From: Deltaproteobacteria bacterium
GTDB taxonomy: Bacteria; SAR324; NAC60-12
Direction: 5' to 3'
Assembly: GCA_038150265.1 (NCBI GenBank)
Contig: JAYOTF010000014.1
Location: forward strand, 11,186 to 75,185
Length of the DNA: 64,000 bases
The notes beneath the pieces are model-generated. The model did no database searches, had not been told where the DNA came from, and saw only the letters and a program-made list of their open reading frames with translations. This document shows positions 19,458-29,469 of this stretch, piece after piece. The translations under genes and the position numbers were made by a program. Every line of letters begins with the position of its first letter. Within the stretch, counting starts at the first letter, position 1.

Positions 19458-20228
19458 ATGCCAGATTCTGTCATGAAAAAACCTAATTTATTGTTAGTCG
19501 ATGATGACGCCAGCATGTTGGCCTCGCTGCTGGACTTGCTGGAGGAGGATTACACGGTTTATACCGCAGAAAACGGAGAGCGGGCCCTTGACCTGCTCCG
19601 GACGTCCGGAGTGGACTTCCCGGTGGTGGTCTCTGACCAGAGCATGCCGCGTCTGCCAGGACATGAACTGTTTCGCATCATTCACACGGAATTTCCTGAC
19701 ACGGTGGGGATCCTGTTTACCGGCTTTCCGGAGGTGGAAAGCCTCATTCAGGCGGTCAATGAGGGGCACATCTACGGCTGCCTCCGCAAGGACTTCAAGG
19801 CTCAGGACCTCGTGCAGCTGGTCAACCGGGCCTACTCCTGGCAGGAGAGCCTGCGGAGCCTCAAGGCTCAAGCGGGCGTGGGTGCCACCGAACTGCTGGA
19901 GCAGGAGCTGCAGCGGGCGTGGCGGTATGGGTTGGAGTACGTGGGCGTCCTGATTGACTGGTCGGGGCCGGCCTCCACCGAGCAGCTGAAGCCCAGGCTC
20001 CGCAAGACCGACGTGGTGGGCAACCTGAATGAGTCACGGAGCCTGGTGCTCCTGACGCACACGCCTCTGGAAAAGGCCCGCCCCGCCCTGGAACGCCTCT
20101 TGGCGACCTGCCCGGAATGCCAACTCGGCATCCTGAAGCCCAGCAACGAGCCTCCGAACTCTGCAGAAGCCTACCTGCTCAGCCTCAGTCAGGAAACCTT
20201 CCAGGAAGTCACCCAGCCCCTTCCTTAA
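19458..20228 (+). CDS. Response regulator with degenerate GGDEF-like output
   Basis: LVDDD, SDQSMP; C-terminal ELQRAWRY...IDW...LRKTDVVGNLNESRSLVLLTHT. Confidence 0.8.
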   Translation: MPDSVMKKPNLLLVDDDASMLASLLDLLEEDYTVYTAENGERALDLLRTSGVDFPVVVSDQSMPRLPGHELFRIIHTEFPDTVGILFTGFPEVESLIQAVNEGHIYGCLRKDFKAQDLVQLVNRAYSWQESLRSLKAQAGVGATELLEQELQRAWRYGLEYVGVLIDWSGPASTEQLKPRLRKTDVVGNLNESRSLVLLTHTPLEKARPALERLLATCPECQLGILKPSNEPPNSAEAYLLSLSQETFQEVTQPLP

Positions 20229-20584
20229 AGATCCTCCAGCATGGCCATCAGCTCCGGAACCTTGAACGGCTTGTCCAGGAATTTCCAAACGGCCAGGTCG
20301 TCAAAGAGGTGCTTGAAGCTGACGCCTTTCACATCAGCTCCACCGGACATCACGATCACCCGAAAGTCCCACCCACGTCCTCGAACGGTCCGGAGCAGCT
20401 CTTCCCCGTCCATCTCTGGCATGATGTAGTCCGTGATCATCAGATCCGGATGTGCCTCCTCCAGCACCGTCAGGGCCTCCTTCCCGTTCATGACCCCCTG
20501 AACCTCGTGGTCCAGGGTTTCCAGAATGTCAATGAGGACGTCTCGGAAGACAGCGCTGTCTTCCACCACAAGTATCTTAGCCAT
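20225..20584 (-). CDS. Single-domain response regulator
   Basis: ILVVEDS, ITDYIMP, VMSG, KPF; start trimmed to ATG 20584. Confidence 0.92.
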   Translation of the reverse strand: MAKILVVEDSAVFRDVLIDILETLDHEVQGVMNGKEALTVLEEAHPDLMITDYIMPEMDGEELLRTVRGRGWDFRVIVMSGGADVKGVSFKHLFDDLAVWKFLDKPFKVPELMAMLEDL

Positions 20585-22214
20585 GCCGGGTCTCAGAGTG
20601 GGAATCAACAGAGAATTTCGGGAGTTGGATGTGAAAGCAGGCGCCCGCGTCTTGGTTTTCCACCGTCAACCGGCCTCCCAGATGCTGCTCCACAATCATG
20701 CGGGACATGTGCAGTCCCAGTCCGGTTCCTTGACGGTCCCGCTTTGTACTGAAGTAAGGCTCAAAGATCCGTTCCTTGAGTTCGTTGGGAATGCCACCTC
20801 CGGAGTCTGCCACACTGAGCAGGAGCGAGGTGTCCTGGTTCACCAGCGTAAACGACAGGCGCCGGTTGGCTTCCGGCACACTCTGCAGGGCGTCCACCGC
20901 GTTGCTGATGAGGTTCAGCAGCACCTGCAGCAATTCGTTGGGCAAGGAGTCGATCGGGTCCACCTCTTCAAATGAGAGGGCGACCTGGACCTGAAAGCGC
21001 TCCAGGCGTTGTTCCATGAGGCTCAGGGCCTGCTGGCAGACGGTCTTGACACACGTCGGCTGCTGCTGCTGCTCAGCCTGGAGCATCTTCCGGAAGTCTT
21101 CAATGGTTTGGGAAAGGTACTCCGTCTGTGTCTGAATCTGCGTCAGGCCTTCCCCCAGCGCCTGCTCGCTCAGCTTGTGGAGCTGCCGTTTGAGGATCAT
21201 GCCCTGTGCCAGGGTGCTGATGACCGCAAGCGGTTGGCGCCACTGATGCGCCACCATGCCCAGCACCTCGCCCATGGTCGCCAAGCGCGTTGCCTGCCGG
21301 AGCTGCTTTTGGGACTCCAGCAACGCCTCGTTCGCCTGCGACAGCTCAGCATTGGACCCCTCCAGGTTCTCCTCGGCGAGGGTCCGCTCCTCCATCAGCT
21401 GCACCATGGTCTGCTGATACACCTTCACGGCCTCCATCAGCTGGACCACCTCATAAGTCGTCATCTGTTTCGGATCAAAGCGCATGGGCCGCACCAGGTG
21501 GGTGCGGTCAGCATTTTGCCACCGCAGGCTGTGCTCCGAAATCTTGTCCGCCAGGCCCATGAGGGGCAGGCTGAGGCGCCGGGAGAGGTAGTTGACGAGG
21601 ACCAGGGAGACCGCCAGGCTGATGAGCACCATGACCGTCAGGTTCTGAATCTCCTCACGCAGGAGTCCGGTCTGGAAGTCGTCGTTGAAGAGGACCATCA
21701 GGCGCCCGAGTGGCGCCCCACGGTTGTTGAGCAACACCGAAATCTCCATGAACTGCTCCCCGGGCTCCAGCACCCGGTGGCTCAGTTGCAGGCGCTCAGA
21801 GAGTTCCACTTTCTTGCTGAAGAATCCCTGGGCCTTGTAGCCCTGGAGGGGAACGGTGCCACTGTCGAGCAATCCCACCACCCGGCGCTTGGGGAGCCCA
21901 TTGGCTTGAAAGACAACCTCGTCCGATGCATCCAGCACCACTCCTTCGGGGTCCAGGACGTACACCAACTCCACCTGAGGCAGGGCACTCATTTCCTCTA
22001 GTGTGATATTCAGCAGCGCCCAGTTCCGAGACAGCACCGAATCCGTACAGTCTCGCACAAAGGTCATCACCAGCCACTGGTTGAGCTCCAGCTGCTGTTG
22101 CTGCTGAGACTGGGTGGCATACCAGATCTGGTAGGCAAACATCAGGGATGCCGTCAGGAGGAGCAACCCTCCAAACCAAAGAAACAGCTGAGATTGAATC
22201 CGCAGGCGCTTCAT
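20577..22214 (-). CDS. Membrane sensor histidine kinase
   Basis: Two TM segments, H-box AHQWRQPL, NLISNAVDA, DSGGGI, FEPYFSTK, GTGLGL. Confidence 0.92.
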   Translation of the reverse strand: MKRLRIQSQLFLWFGGLLLLTASLMFAYQIWYATQSQQQQQLELNQWLVMTFVRDCTDSVLSRNWALLNITLEEMSALPQVELVYVLDPEGVVLDASDEVVFQANGLPKRRVVGLLDSGTVPLQGYKAQGFFSKKVELSERLQLSHRVLEPGEQFMEISVLLNNRGAPLGRLMVLFNDDFQTGLLREEIQNLTVMVLISLAVSLVLVNYLSRRLSLPLMGLADKISEHSLRWQNADRTHLVRPMRFDPKQMTTYEVVQLMEAVKVYQQTMVQLMEERTLAEENLEGSNAELSQANEALLESQKQLRQATRLATMGEVLGMVAHQWRQPLAVISTLAQGMILKRQLHKLSEQALGEGLTQIQTQTEYLSQTIEDFRKMLQAEQQQQPTCVKTVCQQALSLMEQRLERFQVQVALSFEEVDPIDSLPNELLQVLLNLISNAVDALQSVPEANRRLSFTLVNQDTSLLLSVADSGGGIPNELKERIFEPYFSTKRDRQGTGLGLHMSRMIVEQHLGGRLTVENQDAGACFHIQLPKFSVDSHSETRHG

Positions 22215-22221
22215 GTTTCCT

Positions 22222-23169
22222 TCACTGCACCTGGATGCTCTCTAGGTGAAAGAAGGCCTCCAGTTTATTGGGAAACAGCAAGGACTCGTTGCTTCCGGTT
22301 TGTGCCGGTAGCACAATGAATCCGCCCCCAAAGGTCTCGGGAATGGAGTTCCCTTCCAGGGAGTAGGCCACCAGCAGCTGGTCCCGGTCGCTTTCCGCAG
22401 GAATGACCATTTCAAGCCCCAGGGAGGAGCGGAGCCTCAGCGGACGCCCCTGTGCGGTCTCGGGCAGCAGCTGACTCAGAGGCACCACGCCAATCTCCGT
22501 GTTCTCATTCGGCACCATCACCCCCTTGCGGACTCCACGCGGAATCGGAAGCACCCGGTTCAGGGTTGACCGAGAGGCCCGGAGCATCTGCTCACGCGAC
22601 CACGCCTGGGTGGCGTCTCCCTGCTGCACCTCCACCGACGACACCAGGTCGATGTGCCCAAAGAGGAGCATCTTGACGTACCAGGTGTAAAGCCCCACGT
22701 CTCGTTCGCTCGTGCTCATGACCTTCACCGGTCCACCGCGACGTGGAGAGATGGGTTCTCCGTTTTGCTCAAAGGCCAGGAGGGCACCCGCCCGGACCAG
22801 GTCGGTAAAGGGTTCATGCGTGCTGTAGCCATCATTGGCCAGCATCGTCAGGTCTCCCTCAAACGGCTGCTCCAGCTGGAGCACCTGGGGCAGGTCCTCA
22901 AACGGCATCCCGCTGAACTGCTGGGGGCCATCCTTGGAAAAGATGGGGTCTGTGACTTCAATGGTCTTGAGGTAGGGGCGCAGGTCTTCTTCGGTGACCA
23001 CCTTCTCACGAATCTGCAAGTTGGCGTCACGGATGAACAGGTGCAGCTCAAAAGGTACGGCCTGGACCGCAGAGCTGGTGATCAGCAGGAGCAGCAGCGC
23101 TCCAGGGAGCCTCTTCAAGGGGATTAGCCACTGCTGAAAAAAATGAGTCATTCTTGGGTTACGTTTCAA
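22222..23169 (-). CDS. Secreted protein with tandem truncated sulfite-oxidase-fold (PruR-like) domains
   Basis: Signal peptide ending AVQA; FSGMPF..ANDGY..LLAFEQNGEPISPRRGGPVKV and a second copy VPLSQLL..LVAYSLEGNSIPETFGGGF; no Cys. Confidence 0.65.
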   Translation of the reverse strand: MKRNPRMTHFFQQWLIPLKRLPGALLLLLITSSAVQAVPFELHLFIRDANLQIREKVVTEEDLRPYLKTIEVTDPIFSKDGPQQFSGMPFEDLPQVLQLEQPFEGDLTMLANDGYSTHEPFTDLVRAGALLAFEQNGEPISPRRGGPVKVMSTSERDVGLYTWYVKMLLFGHIDLVSSVEVQQGDATQAWSREQMLRASRSTLNRVLPIPRGVRKGVMVPNENTEIGVVPLSQLLPETAQGRPLRLRSSLGLEMVIPAESDRDQLLVAYSLEGNSIPETFGGGFIVLPAQTGSNESLLFPNKLEAFFHLESIQVQ

Positions 23170-24662
23170 GGGTTAACGACGGGAAAGGTAATCTGAACCA
23201 GGGCTCCGTGCCCTTCCCGGCTCCGGAGGTGAAAGCGGCCATTCTGGTCCGCAATGATGCTTCGGCAAATCGAAAGCCCCAGGCCGGTCCCCTTGCCGGC
23301 CTCCTTGGTGGTAAAGAAGGGGTCTTCAATCCGCTGAAGGAGCTTTTTCGGAATTCCGGGGCCGGTGTCTTCCACCTCCATGCGGACCTCGTCGTCTTGA
23401 CGAACCACCCGAAGGACCAGTTGCTTGGCGCCACCGAAGTGCTGGAAGGCGTCTCGCGCGTTGCTGACCACCTCCACCAGAACGTGCTGCACCTGTCCGG
23501 GAATGCACCTGATGGAGCAGGGCTCCTCGGTGTACTCCTCCAGCAGCTCAATGCCCCGTCCCACAAACTGCTGCCGGTGCAGATCCGCAGTGGCCCGAAC
23601 CAGGTTCCGGGGGTCTTCTTCCACAAAATCGGTCTGATTCGACACCTGAGCAAAGTGCCGGAGTTGCTGAATGACCACGGCAATCCGGTCCACATGCTCA
23701 TCAATGCGCATCAGGGAGCCCTTGACCTTCTCCGGACGCTTTTCCAGCTGGCTGATGGCGCCACTGACCGAGAGTTTGATGATGCCCAGGGGGTTGTTGA
23801 TCTCATGAGCCAACCCGGTGGCAATGCTTCCCAGAGAAGACAGCTTGGTGTTCTGAACCAGCTGACGCTGCAGGGCCACCGAATCGCGCTGGTGGCGCAC
23901 CAGGCGGGCGTGGTTTTCCAACCGTGCCAGCATCTCCTCCCGTGAGAAGGGCTTGACGAGGTAGTCGTTGGCTCCGGCCTTGAGGGACTCAATGACCACC
24001 GAATACTCGCCAGCCGCCGTGAGGATGATCACCGGCAGCTCCGGACGGTTCAGAGGCCCCCGGATGGTCCGGCACAGCTCAATGCCATCCATTTTCGGCA
24101 TCACAAAGTCCGTCACCACCAGGTCCACGGGGTACTTTTCCAGCAGCTCCACCGCCTCTTCGCCATTGGACGCATCCAGCACATGAGCGCCTCGTTTGCG
24201 GAGGATCCGGGCCAGGATCGTCCGGATGGAGCGGGAGTCGTCGACCACCAGGATGTTGATGTCTTCCAGGGAGTGCTCATCGGCCAGCAGCTCCTCCAGG
24301 TACTCCCGGAGGCTTCCGGGCTCAAAGGGCTTCTTGATGAACTCCACCGCCCCGGCATGAAAGGCTCGGGCATTCAGGTTGGGCTCCTCCTTGCTGGAAA
24401 TCACAATGATCGGAATGTGCGAACACTGCGGGTAGTAGCGGATGCGCTGAATGGTGGTAATGCCATCAATTTCCGGCATTTCCACATCCATCGTGATCGC
24501 GTCCGGCTCCAGCTCAATGGCCATGCTCATGGCCTCTCTGCCACTCTCCGCCTCATAAATCTGAGCGTTGTGCAGGCTGGAGAGTTCCTCCCGGATGAGC
24601 TTTCGGGAGCTGGCGCTGTCATCGACCACCAGGATTTTCAGAGGGACCGGGTTGGTGTTCAT
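23166..24662 (-). CDS. Cytoplasmic REC-REC-histidine kinase
   Basis: Two REC domains (DVEMP, DFVMP), [37 protein letters not shown] before ATG 24662. Confidence 0.93.
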   Translation of the reverse strand: MNTNPVPLKILVVDDSASSRKLIREELSSLHNAQIYEAESGREAMSMAIELEPDAITMDVEMPEIDGITTIQRIRYYPQCSHIPIIVISSKEEPNLNARAFHAGAVEFIKKPFEPGSLREYLEELLADEHSLEDINILVVDDSRSIRTILARILRKRGAHVLDASNGEEAVELLEKYPVDLVVTDFVMPKMDGIELCRTIRGPLNRPELPVIILTAAGEYSVVIESLKAGANDYLVKPFSREEMLARLENHARLVRHQRDSVALQRQLVQNTKLSSLGSIATGLAHEINNPLGIIKLSVSGAISQLEKRPEKVKGSLMRIDEHVDRIAVVIQQLRHFAQVSNQTDFVEEDPRNLVRATADLHRQQFVGRGIELLEEYTEEPCSIRCIPGQVQHVLVEVVSNARDAFQHFGGAKQLVLRVVRQDDEVRMEVEDTGPGIPKKLLQRIEDPFFTTKEAGKGTGLGLSICRSIIADQNGRFHLRSREGHGALVQITFPVVNP

Positions 24663-24710
24663 TCTCCTCACACAAGAAAAGGCATTACGTCGTCACGCCT
24701 CGCATTCGCT

Positions 24711-25952
24711 TCAATCCCAAAGCGTCTGCTTGGCAAAAAAATCAAGAATCTGGTTGAGCAGCACCTGCTCCTCAGGCGCCACATAAAGGAACTCGATGCC
24801 AAACTCTCCGCGCCCCTCCTGAGACCGGTTCCAGATGGTGGTCCCGGTGACTTCCAGGGGGGCCAGGTTCGGAATCACGGGACGGCCCTGCTCCCAAAAG
24901 ATGGTCATGCGGACCGTCACGCCCACCGGAAGCGCGTGGTCGGACTTGACCCGGGCGCCGGAGCGCGACAGGTCCAGCAGCTGCCCCTCCCAGGCTTCCG
25001 CCTGCTTGAGGGTGCTCCGACGCTCTTCATACTGCACCGGCACCTGCACGTTGTAGCGCTCGGCGCGGCTCGACCGGGCGTTGAAGAAGCGCTCCTCCGC
25101 CTCGCAGAGGACCTCCTCCGAGTGCGCGCCTTCCGGAGGGTGTTCCCGAAAGTAGTTGCACCGCTTGATGTAATTGATGGTGACCGGGTCCTCCGGAAAC
25201 TGCTCCAGGCACTCCCGGAAGGGCAACAGCGCCTCCTCAAAGAGCCAGGCCTTGTACAGGGCCATCCCCTGAAAGAGCAGCATCTGCGTGGACCGCTTCA
25301 CCTCCTGCAAGGCAGGGGAGTCGGTCGCAAACACCTCATACACGTTCACCAGCCGTTGCCGTCCCCGGACCCGGAGGGTGTCCACCTCGCGGACGGCCTT
25401 CAGCTGCGACCGGAGGGCCGCATGCGTGTGGTGCGAAATGAGGATCCGCGAGCCAAACGACTTGGTCAGGGTCTCCAGGCGGGCGGCCAGGTTGACGGCA
25501 TCGCCAACCACGGACAGGTGCTTGCCCCGCAGGCCTCCCACCCAGCGGTGTCCCACAATGACGGGTCCGGTGTTGATGCCAATCCCGGCCCGGAACTGCC
25601 GAGCCCGAGGACGGGCATTGAAGGCGTCAAGCCGCTGCTGCATCGCCACTGCGGCCTCCACGGCCCGGTCAGCACTGGAACGCCCCTCAAAGAGCGCCAT
25701 CAGGGCATCGCCCATGAACTTGTCCACCACGCCCCCATGCTGCTCCACCTCCAGCACCAGCGCATCAAAGATGGCACTGAGCATCCGAAACCCCGTCTTC
25801 GGCGTTGTGGACTCCACATGGGTCGTGTACCCCCGGATGTCCAGAAACAGGATGGAGAGGGTCATTTCCCTCAGAGGAGAGACCTCGTCACTTAACGCCT
25901 CATGGCTCGCAATCCAATGAAGTCCTCGTTTTCTAGAAGAATTCGACATCAT
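24711..25952 (-). CDS. Class III adenylate cyclase - TPR - PilZ protein (no input domain)
   Basis: FLDIRGYT, DKFMGDA, SVVGDAVNLAARLE; TPR; DLSRSG. Confidence 0.88.
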   Translation of the reverse strand: MMSNSSRKRGLHWIASHEALSDEVSPLREMTLSILFLDIRGYTTHVESTTPKTGFRMLSAIFDALVLEVEQHGGVVDKFMGDALMALFEGRSSADRAVEAAVAMQQRLDAFNARPRARQFRAGIGINTGPVIVGHRWVGGLRGKHLSVVGDAVNLAARLETLTKSFGSRILISHHTHAALRSQLKAVREVDTLRVRGRQRLVNVYEVFATDSPALQEVKRSTQMLLFQGMALYKAWLFEEALLPFRECLEQFPEDPVTINYIKRCNYFREHPPEGAHSEEVLCEAEERFFNARSSRAERYNVQVPVQYEERRSTLKQAEAWEGQLLDLSRSGARVKSDHALPVGVTVRMTIFWEQGRPVIPNLAPLEVTGTTIWNRSQEGRGEFGIEFLYVAPEEQVLLNQILDFFAKQTLWD

Positions 25953-27726
25953 CGAGTAAATCGTCCTCGGTCGCCTCCACCGGCGCGGCGTCTGCTTGCT
26001 TCTCTGCAGGGTCCCACCCCTCGAAGAGGCGGTTCAGGACCTCCCGGAAGGGCTCTTGCAGACAGGAGTGGTGAATCGTCCGCTCCACGTCCCGCGAGTA
26101 GAGGCGTTCCAGTTCAGAAAGGTCGAGGGGCTCGGAAGCCTCGGGCTCGCCCGCAAGCGTCTGGTCCAGTTCGGTGTGGAGAAGTTCAATGAGCTGATAC
26201 GTCAGGCGGACGCGAAGCTCCACCTGCTCCCCAAAAGAAAGATTTTCCAACAAGGTGAGGATTCCACCAGCTAATTTCCATGTTTCCCGCGAAACCGCTC
26301 CGGTCCGGGCCAGCATCGCCACACTGGCTTCCCGGAAGCCCTGCAGGCGTTCATTGAGGGACACGCGGGTCCGGCCCACCGACTCCAGCTGCTGGTCGAG
26401 GGACTGCTGCAGCGCCTCCTGGAACCCCGAGATCAGCTCCAGCCCCTCCTGAAGGGTGGAGACTTCCCGTGAGAGCAGGTCCTGTGCTTCTTCCGAGCGG
26501 TGAATGACTTCGTGGCTGAGCTTCTCCAGACGGGCCGAGTGCTCTCCGGCGTCATTCGGAAGCAGCATCGCGTTCACCGACATGCGGCGCAAATCGTTGC
26601 CAATGTCTTCAATGGATTCCAGGTGCTCTCGGGTCAGCCGCAGCCGGGCATTGACCTCTTCCATGGCACCCAGCACCCGGCGGGTGACGCCCTCGCTGCG
26701 CCGGAGGGTCTGCAGAAGCGCCTGCAGCGCCAGGTCCAGCTGCCGCACTCCCGCACTGAGGGGGCCCTCGAGTCCCAGGATCTCTCCCACGCGGGACACC
26801 TGATTCTGAGCCCGGGCAGAGATGTCCCGGAACCGGGCGTCCACCTGCTGCTCAATTTCATCCGTCTTGTGGAGGACATAGGCCAGCTGCCCGAGCTGGA
26901 TCTCCAGGCACTGCCGGGCCCAGCGTCGGGAGGCCACCGAGCCCTCCTCCAGCCGGGTTCCGGCAAGCACCAGCGCCTCCGAGACGTGCTCCATCTGCTG
27001 CCGGGTGATGTCATGGAACTGCACCGCCATGACGACCTGATTGAGGTACGGGACAATTTCTTCCGAGTCCTTGCGGATCCAGCTGCAGGAGCTGACGACC
27101 TTGCGCATCAGGCCCCGCATCTCCCGGACCCCGTCTTCCACCTGTCGCTGCAGCGCCTCTGCCTCGAGCGGCATCAGCTCGCTCAGGCGGACCTGTCGCA
27201 TGACGGTAAAGAACTCCTCCTGGGCCTGCTCCGCGCTCCAGGTCATGGAAAGCCGGGTGTCGGCCATGTGTCCGGCCAGGGTGGTGATGCCCTCGGAGAG
27301 CTGCACAAACGCCCGGGGGTGCGAGTGCTGCTGCCCCTGAAGGTTCATGAGCACCCCAATGATGCGGACCGCATGGGCCAGGCGCATGAGGAAGCCGCCC
27401 ACCTGCTCCAGGGACTGGGTCCGGCTGGTGAGGTCGTGCAGGCTGGGAAGCGTCCCGGTGAGGAGCGTGGTGCTGTCTCCGACCTCACCGCCTCCCTCCC
27501 GGAAGAGCGTTTCCACGTCGTCCAGCCGCCAGCCTTCGCCCGACTGAATCCGGGCCTCCACCTCACCGACTTCGGCAGAGTTGTTCTTGAACTGCGTGGA
27601 GACGCCATAGATCTGGTCACCGAGCAAGAGGAAGTCCTGCTCGGTTTCGCTGGAGATGCTCATCAGCCCCTCAGCCGCCTGGCGGAGGAGGGCTGTGCCT
27701 GCAGTTAAATCGAAGGAGGCGGTCAT
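25933..27726 (-). CDS. Cytoplasmic MCP-like coiled-coil protein with CheZ-like QFHDITRQ motif
   Basis: No TM; degenerate hairpin-tip motifs (RRMSVNAML); VQFHDITRQQMEHV; acidic tail DDLLDDVEFF. Confidence 0.7.
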   Translation of the reverse strand: MTASFDLTAGTALLRQAAEGLMSISSETEQDFLLLGDQIYGVSTQFKNNSAEVGEVEARIQSGEGWRLDDVETLFREGGGEVGDSTTLLTGTLPSLHDLTSRTQSLEQVGGFLMRLAHAVRIIGVLMNLQGQQHSHPRAFVQLSEGITTLAGHMADTRLSMTWSAEQAQEEFFTVMRQVRLSELMPLEAEALQRQVEDGVREMRGLMRKVVSSCSWIRKDSEEIVPYLNQVVMAVQFHDITRQQMEHVSEALVLAGTRLEEGSVASRRWARQCLEIQLGQLAYVLHKTDEIEQQVDARFRDISARAQNQVSRVGEILGLEGPLSAGVRQLDLALQALLQTLRRSEGVTRRVLGAMEEVNARLRLTREHLESIEDIGNDLRRMSVNAMLLPNDAGEHSARLEKLSHEVIHRSEEAQDLLSREVSTLQEGLELISGFQEALQQSLDQQLESVGRTRVSLNERLQGFREASVAMLARTGAVSRETWKLAGGILTLLENLSFGEQVELRVRLTYQLIELLHTELDQTLAGEPEASEPLDLSELERLYSRDVERTIHHSCLQEPFREVLNRLFEGWDPAEKQADAAPVEATEDDLLDDVEFF

Positions 27727-27733
27727 GGTCGGC

Positions 27734-28354
27734 TCAATCCCACAAATCGACGTCCACCGGTCGTTGCGGACGATGCTGTTGTTCCCGTTCACGCTGAACC
27801 GCCCGGATGAAGCTCCGGTCGCGTTCAACCACTTCAGACACTTCGGTCCGCTGGACCTTCCGGACATAAACCGAGTAGTCCCGCGAGTCAAAATAGATCA
27901 CGCGCCCAAACACCCCTTCCAGGTCGGCGGCCACCACCGGGATGCGGTCTTCCTGGAGAAAGTTCACCACAAAGCGGGCGTTGCGGCCCCCCACATCGAG
28001 CATGGGAGCCGCCTGCTGATTGATCTGCAGCACGGCTGCTCCGCCAAACACCTTGGCCTTGAGGTGCTTGCGCTGGGCCCCCAGCTTCATCATGCGGTTG
28101 ATGAGCAACTCCATGGCATTGATGCCATACCGTCCGGCATCACTCTTGAGCATGAGGTCCTGGCTGCTGTAGGACTGGGTGCTCAGCAGGAAGTGGTTCA
28201 TGCCGACAACGTGGTTGACCGGGTCGTACAGGCACGCCGAAACGCATGAGCCCAGCAGGGTGATGAGCACCACGTCTTTCTCAGAAGCATGATACTCACC
28301 CGGCTGCACGCGAATCTTCATGCGACTGTCAAACAGTTTGGGAGCTCTGGACAT
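27734..28354 (-). CDS. cheD: Chemoreceptor glutamine deamidase CheD
   Basis: VQPGEY, TLLGSCVSAC, GMNHFLL, RYGINAMELLIN, AKVFGG. Confidence 0.95.
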   Translation of the reverse strand: MSRAPKLFDSRMKIRVQPGEYHASEKDVVLITLLGSCVSACLYDPVNHVVGMNHFLLSTQSYSSQDLMLKSDAGRYGINAMELLINRMMKLGAQRKHLKAKVFGGAAVLQINQQAAPMLDVGGRNARFVVNFLQEDRIPVVAADLEGVFGRVIYFDSRDYSVYVRKVQRTEVSEVVERDRSFIRAVQREREQQHRPQRPVDVDLWD

Positions 28355-28373
28355 GTAAAAAACCTTTCTGTAT

Positions 28374-29453
28374 TCAAGATCCGGAGTGTGCCTTCCGGAG
28401 AACTGCGGCGGGGATGGATTCGAGCGAAAGCACCTGGTGGGCGCCCCCCAGCTCAATGGCCTCTCGGGGCATCCCAAAGACCACGCAGCTGGCTTCATCC
28501 TGAGCAAAGTTGAAGGACCCGGCCTCTGCCATCTCCTTCATGCCCTTGGCGCCGTCATCTCCCATCCCTGTCAAAATGACGCCAATCGCATTCTTTCCGG
28601 CATAGCGGGCTGCTGAGCGAAAGAGGACGTCGACCGAAGGCCGGTGTCGGGACACCAGGGGTCCTTCCCGGACCTCGACGAAGTAGCGGGCGCCGCTGCG
28701 TTTGATGAGGGTGTGGTGGTTCCCGGGAGCAATCAGGGCATGCCCGGGCAAGACGCTATCGTTGTTCTGAGCCTCCTTGACGGTGATGCGGCAGAGCGAG
28801 TTGAGGCGTTCCGCAAAGGAGCGGGTGAAGTGTTCTGGCATGTGCTGGACCACCACAATGCCCGGGCACTGCACCGGCATTTGCTCCAGAAAGACCCGCA
28901 GCGCCTCGGTGCCTCCGGTTGAGGCTCCCACGACCACCACCTTCTCGGTGGTCTGCACCATGGCCCGACTGGAGGCCGCAGGCAGCACCGCGTCTGCCGT
29001 CAACTTCGGAGACACCTCCATGGTGCCCACTCCGGGAGGGCGCTTCATGCGGCTCAGCTTGGCTGCCGCTGCCGCCCGGACGGCATCTCCGATGAGGATG
29101 CGGGACTCTTCAAAGAAGTCCCGGACCCCAATGCGGGGCTTGAAGATGACCTCCACGGCTCCATACTCCAGCGCCTTCAGCGCCGTCTCCGACCCCCGCT
29201 CCGCCAGGCTGGAGCAGATGATGACTGGCAGAGGGTGCTGCGTCATGATCTTCCTCAAGAACGTCAGCCCATCCATCCGGGGCATCTCCACATCCAAAAT
29301 GATCACATCCGGAACCTTGATCCTCAGGCGCTCTGCCGCCACAATCGGATCAGGCGCCAGCACCGAGACCTTCATGTCCGGGAGGGTGTCGAGCACCTCC
29401 TTCAGCCCCTGCCGGACCAAAGCGGAATCATCCACCACCATCACATCAATCAT
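28374..29453 (-). CDS. cheB: Chemotaxis methylesterase CheB
   Basis: REC plus [42 protein letters not shown]. Confidence 0.97.
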   Translation of the reverse strand: MIDVMVVDDSALVRQGLKEVLDTLPDMKVSVLAPDPIVAAERLRIKVPDVIILDVEMPRMDGLTFLRKIMTQHPLPVIICSSLAERGSETALKALEYGAVEVIFKPRIGVRDFFEESRILIGDAVRAAAAAKLSRMKRPPGVGTMEVSPKLTADAVLPAASSRAMVQTTEKVVVVGASTGGTEALRVFLEQMPVQCPGIVVVQHMPEHFTRSFAERLNSLCRITVKEAQNNDSVLPGHALIAPGNHHTLIKRSGARYFVEVREGPLVSRHRPSVDVLFRSAARYAGKNAIGVILTGMGDDGAKGMKEMAEAGSFNFAQDEASCVVFGMPREAIELGGAHQVLSLESIPAAVLRKAHSGS

Positions 29454-29469
29454 GATCTTCCTATCCTGC

